Shown here one piece after another: positions 36,801-48,800 of a stretch of DNA of 64,000 nt. How positions within the stretch are numbered: position 1 is the first letter of the stretch; the number at the start of each line of letters is the position of its first letter. Below the pieces are notes generated by a model. It saw only the letters and a program-made list of their open reading frames with translations, was not told the DNA's origin and ran no database searches. The DNA lies in contig OZ249437.1 of assembly GCA_965235115.1 (NCBI GenBank), positions 29,636,001 through 29,700,000 of the forward strand, in the 5' to 3' direction. The position numbers and the translations under genes were made by a program. Origin of the DNA: Laetmonice hystrix. Lineage: Eukaryota.

Positions 36801-39800
36801 TCATCATCTGACCAGATGACATATTTATTGTGTGTCATGTCTACAACACTAAATATTCACAGTCATCATCTGACCAGATGACATATTTATTGTGTGTCAT
36901 GTCTACAACACTAAATATTCACACTCATCATCTGACCAGATGACATATTTATTGTGTGTCATGTCTACAACACTAAAGATTCACACTCATCATCTGACCA
37001 GATGACATATTTATTGTGTGTCATGTCTACAACACTAAATATTCACACTCATCATCTGACCAGATGACATATTTATTGTGTGTCATGTCTACAACACTAA
37101 ATATTCACAGTCATCATCTGACCAGATGACATATTTATTGTGTGTCATGTCTACAACACTAAATATTCACAGTCATCATCTGACCAGATGACATATTTAT
37201 TGTGTGTCATGTCTACAACACTAAATATTCACAGTCATCATCTGTCCAGATGACATATTTATTGTGTGTCATGTCTACAACACTAAATATTCACACTCAT
37301 CATCTGTCCAGATGACATATTTATTGTGTGTCATGTCTACAACACTAAATATTCACAGTCGCCACGGGATAGGTGTTGAGGCCGAGCTCTGATGGCTTCG
37401 TGACGGATGACGTTGATGTTACTATAATTAGGTTGTGCTTATTCTGTTAGTGAATAAAAATAGTGCAGGACACTATTTGATAAAGTAAACGTAAAGCTTT
37501 TAGTGACAAAACCTGTCAGTTTCGTCCGGGATATAATTATCTTGCTTAAGTACGTCCGTGACGAGCTGTTAATGCACCATGCGCTGAAATATTACGTCGC
37601 AGATACAAATAGGTACATGTAGTTCCAGGAACAGAAATTAGTAATTTATAACACGCCGCATCTATCAAGGAAACATGTCAAAGTCATATGACTTTGGTGA
37701 CCTTTCATATCGATGATACGAATCTTTTGTTGATTTTTAATCATAATCTGTTATTACAACTGCATGGTCGGGAGCTAGCCTCGCGTTTTTCGCCCTCGCA
37801 CGTCGCCCTCAATGGCGTATCGGGGGCAATAACAACATGATAACATAGAAATTTGATTATTTGCAACGTTTGGAACCCCCCCCCCCTTCCCACCAATCTT
37901 TTGGAAAAAATCTTCTTAGACAATAACGCTACTGGCCCGAGCGAACCTTGTGCTGTCGTGCAGGCGGTGTTTGGCCGTTCGTTTTACAGCAATCCAATTT
38001 TCGTCCGACTTGAAGTGACACGTCTGTTGAGACAGGCAACAGACCACACGAACGCGGACCTGTCACGTCTTCCTCACGGAGCCTCACGTCTTAGGTCGCC
38101 CGTTCCATGTTGACATTCCCATCTTCGCGGCTCACGTTGTGGGCCAATAAATATCCGTTATTGTCTGAGCACCACTCGTTCCGTTTCCAGCCTAACCTCA
38201 GCCATACGGATGAAGCCACCTCGCCGAGTGTGGCGCTGTTTTGTAAACCCGCCCGAACCACGACGTGACGACCTGAGTTGTCTATATTCGCGCGACCCCA
38301 CCAGATGGAGCTACTACCGATACAGATGTCGTTACGGCTTCTCCTGATCTCGTCCAACCACTTATTACTGTGACATTTACGTCGAATTATGTCGCGATGG
38401 GTCTGCAGGGTCTCATTGCCCTCAGATGTCATTTAATTAGTCAAGCGCCCTTTCCACGAGTCCCCGAAGCAAGAAGCAAGTTAGAGCAAACACAGAAAGA
38501 ATGGCTTCCTGAATTTCCTTATTTCTCTCGCAGGCTTTCTTTCTTTATTCTTTTGGGTTTGTTCATAATTTAAGCAGACCTAAATTAGTCTTAAAATTCC
38601 TTTTAATGCTTCGCTCTGCCTTGCGGGTCCTCAGCGTGATTACCCCCAACATCCAATTTTTCGATAATTTCCCCCTGATTTCTTATGGTGTAGATCGGAG
38701 TCAAACAGATGGCTTGCGCCGATGCTATAGTTTTCATTCTCAATGAAATCTAGATCCCGTCAGATCCTGAGGTATTTTTACATAATATTCTTCCCCTGGT
38801 GAAAAATATGTTTTAGGATGGAGAACATGGCTTATCACACTGCATTATAGACCCTATCAAGGAATTTTAATTAATGCATCACAGGGGAGATTACATTCGG
38901 CTGCCGAATGCCCTGAAAAAATAGACTAACATCCCGTGTAGGGCTAATCAGAGCCTTGCTGAGGCATTAGTATGGCATCTTGCCCTGGATAATTTACCGC
39001 GCAGTGCCTCATATAATAGTTGAGCCATTCCATGTGCCTTATCAGTATGCCATATAGTATGTGAATATTTAGTGGAATAATTTGTAAGTGAATGTTTAAT
39101 CATCAATATCACATGGGTAGGTATAGATCCATACGTAAATCATTCGATAGAGTTATGGCCATTCTACCTGCCTTCCTGTCCGTTTGGATTTTTTAGCCTC
39201 AGATTCCGGATAACAGTAAGAATAAGCCTCTCCCAGATTAATTAATCTCTCTAAAACAATAACAAGCACCTATTTTTTAACAAAAAATGACGCCGCCTTT
39301 TTCTGATATAGACGCGCCTGTGCACTGAGTCCGTATAACGTAATAGCTGGTCCCTTCAAGCAATCCCTTGCCTCTGTCCAACATTTGGCTTTTTACCACG
39401 TCTCTGACAAGACTATCGTGTACCCCCAACTTCCAGCTTCTCCGACAGCCTGCCGTGTAGCCAAGGACAGTCGACCCCCAGAGGAGTGTCTGATGCATCC
39501 TCGTCTTCTGCTCCTATGTTTTGCCCACTAGGGGGCCTGGAAGACATACGATTAGTATGGCCCCGCCATGGCCACACGACCGAGCTACGCCCATGATTGA
39601 TTAGCTTACTCCGACACGAATATAGATGAACCCATGTTTCCTGGTCTCCCAGCCACAGAGACAGGTTTGATGTTCCCCCGCCGCGCTAGAGTGGCCTGTG
39701 GTGCCAACATTGGTTGCCTATCTACCGACTACTGCCGTATATGTACGCCACCTCAAAGCGTGAAGAACCTTCAGAAAATCTAGATCAAAGGTCGTCGTTG

Positions 39801-42800
39801 GCGACAAGCGGCACTCTTGTCTCCCTACATGGTTTTCCACGAAAGCTCCTTCCTGTTAACTTTCACTTTTATTCGATACCTGGCTTGTGAAGGCTGCCTC
39901 GATTTATGAATTGATTATCTTTTTACCAGGTATCTGGGTATGGGAACGAGCGGTGTTTGTTTCTGGATAGCATTGTTTTATACAGGTCCGCATGTCTCTT
40001 TTAGAAACAGAACCTTAAGGCACGAATTTTGTTTACGATCGTATTGAACCAACTTTCATCTCGGTAAATCCCATCCCGTCGATTACCGTTCCTTAAGCTG
40101 TCAGAAATTGTATCCCAATCTTGGATTCACGGCGAAGATTTAAATGGACTTTCCTGCTGAGCTGAGGTTTAAAACATCCTGATTAAAAGTGATTATGGTT
40201 GTAATTTTTTCCTGTTTCTCCCCTAGGTGTTCTCCGCAGCAAACCGTGCAGGTCTGATCAGCGATGCCTTCAATCTAGCCCGGTGAGTAGGAATATGACA
40301 TGTGAATGACCCTTCCTTAATTGAGCAATTATTCATTCTTATAAAGCAATGGATCACGGCGATAGGGCTGTAAGGTCCCGATACAAAATAATTAATAAAC
40401 GTCTCATAGATCGAGCCACCGATGTAATTATTGTAATTACACAGCTAACTGATTGCGGCAATTATATATGACCAAAACTTTGTTTAAAAGCTGTTTATTG
40501 TACATGTCGTGTACCTTTTCAAAATGTGGCGTATAACATATTGTTCCCGTGAAGCCCCATATGGTTTTTTATCCTGTTCAGTTTATTTTCTTCCTTTTAA
40601 ATTTGTTCCGAATATTTAGAAAGAAAAAATTTAAATGGTTACAGGTATATAAAATGAGAAAAAGGTATAGAATTAGTAAAAACCGTTCCGTCTATTCCTT
40701 TCGCACCGTGCCATTTAATATACTCATGTGTTTCACACGTTATATTTTTTACAAGAATGCTTGCTTGAAGCAATTATGATAAAAGTGCGGGTTTTTTTAG
40801 TATTTGCCCATCTTGTATCATGCAGGTTCTTTGATAACTTGTCTCGTTCTTTGAAACTTATTTTTTAGCTACTTAGTGTTGGTTCACTCTCTTGGATGTA
40901 GTTGGGGGCTTCGCCTTTAATAGAGAAGGGTTCTTCGCTGATCAATTCAGCAGGTCGAAGCCAATTACTGGGTTGATATAACCTCGGTGCGAAGGCTCGA
41001 GAAGATGGTGATTTTGGCCCTGAAAGGTTCGGGTTGTGGTTAGTCTGAGTGCTGAGTGAAAGGTCAATACTCTTGGTAATTCTAACCACCGATATATAGG
41101 CACCGCCTGAGTAGGTGCGTTTTCGCATGCCATCAGGAGCACCATGCAGCACAAACACCACTTCCTTGCCATCAGCAGCACCAAGCACAAACATAACTTC
41201 CTTGCCATCAGCAGCACCCAGCACAAACACCACTTCCTTGCCATCAGCAGCACCCAGCACAAACACCACTTCCTTGCCATCAGGAACACCCAGCACAAAC
41301 ACCACTTCCTTGCCATCAGCAGCACCCAGCACAAACACAACTTCCTTGCCATCAGGAGCACCCAGCACAAACACCACTTCCTTGCCATCAGGAGCACCCA
41401 GCACAAACACCACTTCCTTGCCATCAGGAGCACCCAGCACAAACACCACTTCCTTGCCATCAGGAACACCCAGCACAAACACCACTTCCTTGCCATCAGC
41501 AGCACCCAGCACAAACATCACTTCCTTGCCATCAGGAGCACCATGCAGCACAAACACAACTTCCTTGCCATCAGGAGCATCCAGCACAAACACCACTTCC
41601 TTGCCATCAGGAGCACCCAGCACAAACACCACTTCCTTGCCATCAGCAGCACCCAGCACAAACACCACTTCCTTGCCATCAGGAGCACCCAGCACAAACA
41701 CCACTTCCTTGCCATCAGCAGCACCCAGCACAAACACCACTTCCTTGCCATCAGCAGCACCCAGCACAAACACCACTTCCTTGCCATCAGGAGCACCCAG
41801 CACAAACACCACTTCCTTGCCATCAGGAGCACCATGCAGCACAAACACCACTTCCTTGCCATCAGGAACACCCAGCACAAATACCACTTCCTTGCCATCA
41901 GGAGCACCCAGCACAAACACCACTTCCTTGCCATCAGGAGCACCATGCAGCACAAACACCACTTCCTTGTCATCAGCAGCACCCAGCACAAACACCACTT
42001 CCTTGTCATCAGCAGCACCCAGCACAAACACCACTTCCACTTCCTTGCCATCAGCAGCACCCAGCACAAACACCACTTCCTTGCTAAAATGCCGATAACG
42101 AACGTTGTACCAACGAAATCCGCCGATACCGTTTCACTATAAAAGGAAAAGGTTGACATCTTTATCACAGTCTTCCTCTAGGCTCTAAAGATGGTGAAAT
42201 GTACGATTCCGGTGAGTGAGCCCCCCCCCCTTAACCATAGGTGAACATCGTACAATAAAGGAACCGTCTTAGAGTGGTGACTTAGTGAATTAATGAATAC
42301 GTAATGCTGTCATCGAGACAGCGAATAGGACAGTTAGTGAATTACGTAATGCTGTCATCGAGACAGCGAATAGGACAGTTAGTGAATTTAATGTTTGAAT
42401 ACGTAATGCTGTCATCGAGACAGCGAATAGGACAGTTAGTGAATTACGTAATGCTGTCATCGAGACAGCGAATAGGACAGTTAGTGAATTACGTAATGCT
42501 GTCATCGAGACAGCGAATAGGACAGTTAGTGAATTTAATGTTTGAATACGTAATGCTGTCATCGAGACAGCGAATAGGACAGTTAGTGAATTACGTAATG
42601 CTGTCATCGAGACAGCGAATAGGACAGTTAGTGAATTACGTAATGCTGTCATCGAGACAGCGAATAGGACAGTTAGTGAATTACGTAATGCTGTCATCGA
42701 GACAGCGAATAGGACAGTTAGTGAATTACGTAATGCTGTCATCGAGACAGCGAATAGGACAGTTAGTGAATTACGTAATGCTGTCATCGAGACAGCGAAT

Positions 42801-45800
42801 AGGACAGTTAGTGAATTTAATGTTTGAATACGTAATGCTGTCATCGAGACAGCGAATAGGACAGTTAGTGAATTACGTAATGCTGTCATCGAGACAGCGA
42901 ATAGGACAGTTAGTGAATTACGTAATGCTGTCATCGAGACAGCGAATAGGACAGTTAGTGAATTTAATGTTTGAATACGTAATGCTGTCATCGAGACAGC
43001 GAATAGGACAGTTAGTGAATTACGTAATGCTGTCATCGAGACAGCGAATAGGACAGTTAGTGAATTACGTTATGCTGTCATCGAGACAGCGAATAGGACA
43101 GTTAGTGAATTACGTAATGCTGTCATCGAGACAGCGAATAGGACAGTTAGTGAATTACGTAATGCTGTCATCGAGACAGCGAATAGGACAGTATTTTTAG
43201 TCCTCAACCTGAAGGGGCGGGGGTTTCTAATTCGCCCTCCGTATACGTACGTACCTACATACCTATACCTACCTACGTATACGTACGTACGTCCGTCCGT
43301 CCGTCCGTAGACAGCGATTTCTTAGAAGTGTATGGGTCAAATCGCATGAAACTTTACACAATGATCAGGGACAGTCTGAATATTATGCACGACAAATATA
43401 TTTGTGATATCCTGCAAAATGGATGTAAACATATTTCGAGCATTAACTCAGACAAAACGATCCCGAAGTCTCTTAAAATTCGGTGCAAAGAAGAAACATA
43501 TGAGAGGCAATGTATATGCCAATGTATAATGACATGCTTAATTCAGAGCAAATATGGTGACCTGGCGAATATGGTGACATCTTTGTTTTTTGACACCCCA
43601 AATAACAACTTACGGACGGACAAGCGAGTCAGCGTCCTATACATAGCGACAATCATTATGTCATATGTTCAAAATGGAATAGGGGGTTGTAAGCTTCACA
43701 AGCTTTTTTTTACCAGTCTTGGCTCCATTCTCGAATTGCAAATGCACTGCCTGGAAGGACTATCTTAGGTGGCCCTCCACATCAGAGCCTCACGCACCAG
43801 GTAGACACGCGTTTTCCAAATAAGATCAAAGTAGAGTAGATGGAACGCTGTACGAGGCGAATAACCAATGTGCTGGCGTTCATCATGTAATCTATATCAG
43901 TGACATTGAGTATAATCCTATTCATCATGGTTGATGGCATGTTTGTGATAGGAAACTTGACGTGTATGTATACGTCAGACGGCGAGAGTAACCCAGGCAC
44001 CGCACTGAGCGAGCCACGGAGTCCATAAATAAAATAATTCAATATGTGTGTCATATCTCTTCCGTTACAGTTCTATTAGCCTGCTTCAGATCCATCTAGT
44101 GATGAGCCGTAGCGGTCACGCCGGTAGAGTATGTGTGGGTGTGGGTGTGGTTGTGGGTGGGGTGGGGGTGTATGTTCAGACAAAAGGCCGTCTGTGATGA
44201 CGCATATGTATTGTACAGTGTTGGTGTCAGAAGAAATGTCGCTCATTTGTAAATGACAAGCATTTAATTAAGGAAAAACAAGATTAGTGGCATGGCGGAA
44301 AAGTTCATTGGTAATAAGTGCTATATCACATTAGTAATATAACACTGCTGATAGCTAAACAAAGGGATGGTCCGTTGTGTATATAGAGATAGATAGAGAT
44401 GGACAGAGAGAGAGGCGGGCTGACAGACAGCACCACCAGTTTATGACCTGGCGCACGTTTCGATTGAAACCATTCGTTGAGAATTTAAGCACGAACTTGC
44501 CGCCGGTTGGCTACTGTGACACAGACAAATTACCGAACACAAAATTCCAGACAGCTCTTATCCCATTTTTTTCCGGCTTCACTTGCCTTGCAAATCCATC
44601 CAAATACAAGCAGCCTCGGAGAAAGTAGGGATGTTTTAATAGAGAGGTTGTCTGCCGGCCGTAGGGCCAGGGACATGCAGTTAGTCATTCTGCGCCAAGA
44701 GGTCAAGTCCTATCGGCCACTTAAGGCTGCACTCTGGGGGGATCATCAGGGACACTCCTGGCAGGGGCCGAAGATGGTCATGGATCTCGTGTCCCAAATG
44801 CCCTCCTTTATCTCCTTAATCCCATTTTTTAGATCCAAGTTGCATTAAGCTGTTGAGATACATGACCTGTCATTTCTGTAGATAAAGATTTCGTTATGGA
44901 TAGTCCGACTGGTTGGAATGGTCGTTTCGTCTGCAGCCTTTTACTTCCTCGATTCTAGGATCTAAGGGCTTTTATAGAGTTGGATTATTTGAGAAGTTGT
45001 TTCTTTCCAGTACGTCATGCTACGTCTACAGAATCTCCAGGATAGAATGAATTGTGGTGTCTGTACTGTAAATGTGTAGAAGTAGGCCTACACTTTCTTG
45101 TCCAGTTGGTTCAGCTGTTTTGTCAAACTTTCCGATCTCGTTGTAGTGCCAACAAACTTAGCTATGAGATTGCCCTGAACCTGACGTCCTACCTACCAAT
45201 GGAGAACGACTTCGTCCCCTGGCGAGCCTTCCTCGACTCCATCGACTTCATCAAGGGAATGCTCTCCACCAGCAACTCCTTTGGACGACTACGTGTACGT
45301 ACTTGGTCATCGAGCCATTACTTAGCTCTGTACGTGACTGGTTCATTAAACAGCAAGCCGGGTACATGCGGGTGTATACACGGAACAGCGTGTTCCAGTT
45401 TACAATAATTTATTGAGCATAAACAATAACATTCCCTTTCACGTTTTTAACAATGACATCCGTCGTTTACCCGGCTGTGAACGCCAGTAGAATGGCCTTG
45501 CCTGCGGCTGTCGCATAGATAAGTGAAAAGAAACCATTGGCTTCTGTTTGCAAGGACAGGCCCTTCTTGCGACATTTCCGATGCAAATGGCTAGAGCTGT
45601 ATCTAGGGCATTGACGTGACGGCATGGGTCGACTGGCCGCCGCCCAGCCTGATTGACCTTATATTGACCTTGAGTTGTACCAGAGCGCCGACAGCGGAAG
45701 GTCCGTTGACCATGTTTTGGAAATGATTTATCCCATTTTGACGTATTACACGTTCTATTGTGACGTTGATCGAACTGATAGATTACGTTCCGCCAGCCTC

Positions 45801-48800
45801 CTTAAGGGCGGCTCTCCGGATGTCGTCTGCGCAAGATAAGTGGTCTGGTATTGTGCCAACGGAAAGCTCTTTTAAGACCTACGCCTCACCCCGACCCATC
45901 CCCAGTTTGATGTCAGTAACGAAGGGTTTTGAGGGAAATTGGTCAAGACATTTGAAAAAGGTTTGAGTACTATCGGAAACTTATCCAAGGTGAATGTACG
46001 TGATTAGAGACAAACAAATCCAAGAGACGTGTATAGAGACAAAGGCCAACCCCTTGCGATCTCCCACCAGTACATATACCCACGTCTGTACACAGGATCA
46101 CATTATCACATCGTGTAGGTCATAGAGACGTACATAGAGACAAAGGTCAACCCCTTGCTATCTCCCACCAGTACATATATACCCACGTCTGTACACAGGA
46201 TCACATTATCACATCGTGTAGGTCATAGAGACGTGTATAGAGACAAAGGTCAACCCCTTGCTATCTCCCACCAGTACATATACCCACGTCTGTACACAGG
46301 ATCACATTATCACATCGTGTAGGTCATAGAGACGTGTATAGAGACAAAGGTCAACCCCTTGCTATCTCCCACCAGTACATATACCCACGTCTGTACACAG
46401 GATCACATTATCACATCGTGTAGGTCATAGAGACGTACATAGAGACAAAGGTCAACCCCTTGCTATCTCCCACCAGTACATATACCCACGTCTGTACACA
46501 GGATCACATTATCACATCGTGTAGGTCATAGAGACGTACATAGAGACAAAGGTCAACCCCTTGCTATCTCCCACCAGTACATATACCCACGTCTGTACAC
46601 AGGATCACATTATCACATCGTGTAGGCCATATCCAACTGATCCCCTCACAAATCGTATACACGCGCCCGACGCCACTGCAGACGACGGTACAGGTAATGG
46701 GGAGGGAAAGCGTGCGATCTCTTGTGTAAAACAATATGAATTCCATGACCTTTTCCTCGACTACAATTACGTGCCAGCTGAGGGTCTGGATCATCAAGAC
46801 TGGATACGTGCACGATATTGGCTGTACGGTCTGGTAGTACACGTGAACCCACGTTAAGTCTGCTCCCCGTGAAAACCCTACACCTCTCAGCGCTTGTACT
46901 AGTTCACCTTATCCAGTCTTGATGAAGAATTCGTTCCTTCTTTTCTAGAAATACGTGTTTGATCTTGTTGCACCAACCTTCCGCCGTGTGGGCACATCGG
47001 ACCAGGGAGACCTCCTTGATCGGTATAGTAGCCTCAGTATTGATTGACATAAAGCGGAATCCAAGAAGAATATTCATGCACTGAGATTAGAAATAATTAG
47101 GAGAGCGATCTGTTTATATTTTGTTCGCACTTCTCCTATTTGCAGCCAAGTACTATAAATATTTTCAATGTGCATGTCCACAAGAAGTACAATCAATAGA
47201 ACAGAGATTTTTGTTATGCCTTTTTATCAATGAACCAAGTACTTGGGCTGACACAAGAGTAATATTCAAGCAGTACCTGGTACTACTATCGAAGAGATAC
47301 GTTTACAAATAGGCTTGCATAGTTACCACTTGGGAAACTGAATGTGAAAAAAAATACAAAAAGGGATCCCCCCTCCAAAAAAAACTGAATCGACGAAGAG
47401 CAGAGACACGATGAGCGGAGTGTAAGTTTCTTCGTCTTTTTTCTCCACCTGCCCTTAAGGAACCTTCGGAGAACGATTCTAGAGGCAGCTACGGGTACCG
47501 AGGTGCCTGACGCCATCGAGTGGGCCCGCAGGTCGTTCGAGTCGTGGATGGAATACGGAACCAAGTAGGTGTCTGTGCTGATGTAGTATACTCTGTAACT
47601 GTGGGTGACGGGGTGGAGAGGTTATCCAGTGGCGTCATTTGGAGGGGAAACAGCATGGCATTGTTTATGTGCACGGGTATTGGCGGAGACGGGTCACGGT
47701 TCATTGGTTTCCATTGGCCAGGGTCTATTGATAAATGTACCTTGGTTTGTTTCCCGTCCAAAAATACGTCATCTGTAGAACCTCTATAAGCCTTGTGGCA
47801 TTCAGTGGCGTGTCTAGATTTTTCTGCTTTGGGGGCAAAGAGGGGGCAGAGTTGAATATTGGGGGGGGGGGGGGGCAAATTCTTGACGCGAAACGCACAC
47901 CCAACCGTGTGGGTGTTTCTGGGGGGGCGAGCGGGAGGGGACAGCCTTCTGACTGGGGGGGAGGGGGGCGCTCACTCCCCCCGGTTACGCCCTTTGTGTC
48001 ATTATACCTCTATGTGCGTATGGTTTGAGTAGTTTGTGGTCAGAAGGGACGGGTAAGGTAGATGTTACGTATTACACTCTGACGAAGGGAAGTTCATTCG
48101 TTATCTTAAAGATCTTTGACAGTTTCCTATGGTCGGTTCCAGTGTTACATCGCAACGGTGTAGCGCGGATCAATTTTTACACTGTAGAAGATTTGTTTTT
48201 CATGTTGGTACCTTTAAAAAAATACTGGAGTGGGGCAAAAAATAACACTTTTTATAAATAATTGTCACAGAAAAACGTTTGGTAACGTTCCTTTGTTCAT
48301 TTCATCCCCTGTATGAAAAAAACCTCAACAAAGAGCAACCCCTTTTTCTTCCCGAAAAGAAAATCGCGACGGTCTATATTAGAAATGAAACGCAGCACAT
48401 AGAGATTGCTGGGTGGAAGTTCGATGTCCATTTAGTGTTTCCTCCTTTGTCAACAGGATTCCGCCGGACTATGCCGTGGTCATCTATGCCGTAGGGATCC
48501 AGCAAGGAGGGGAAAAGGAATGGAACCATCTCTGGCTAATGTCCAAGAAAACCAAAGTTGCTTCCGAGGCGGAGATCATGATGAATGCTTTGGCATACAC
48601 CCAGGAACCATGGTTACTGTGGAGGTAGGTCAGCCAGCCTCGTTTTGGTCGCTCTAGGGGACACGTGATGCACGAATGGTGTATGGTCCGGGCAGTAGAG
48701 GTCAGCACTAGGGCCAATTGCTTGCTAAACCCCCAATGACCGTCAGCTACTGCATAGTACTACCCCCCTCGGTCCTCCGTCGTCACCACTCTCGCTACCT

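Noticed and set aside
36139-36819. Pro-rich and Gly-rich ORFs
   Set aside because: Translation of the C-rich minisatellite.
41115-42098. Mucin-like [15 protein letters not shown] as an alternative exon of the aminopeptidase
   Set aside because: The only nearby acceptor (tag|41115) gives this frame in phase 0, but intron 12 is phase 2. There is also no donor before the stop at 42098.
42290-43200. 298-aa and 248-aa repeat ORFs; also the array as a CRISPR locus
   Set aside because: Pure tandem repeat with no unique spacers and no cas genes, in a eukaryotic intron.
46561-46857. [10 protein letters not shown]... as the true exon 14
   Set aside because: The good donor at 46694 is phase 1 but exon 15 needs phase 2. 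Segment 46949-47022 (KYVFDLVAP...) fits both phases and the family pattern.
47422-47459. gtaagt donor 38 nt upstream of the exon 15 acceptor
   Set aside because: The implied intron is too short, and exon 14 already supplies the correct phase.
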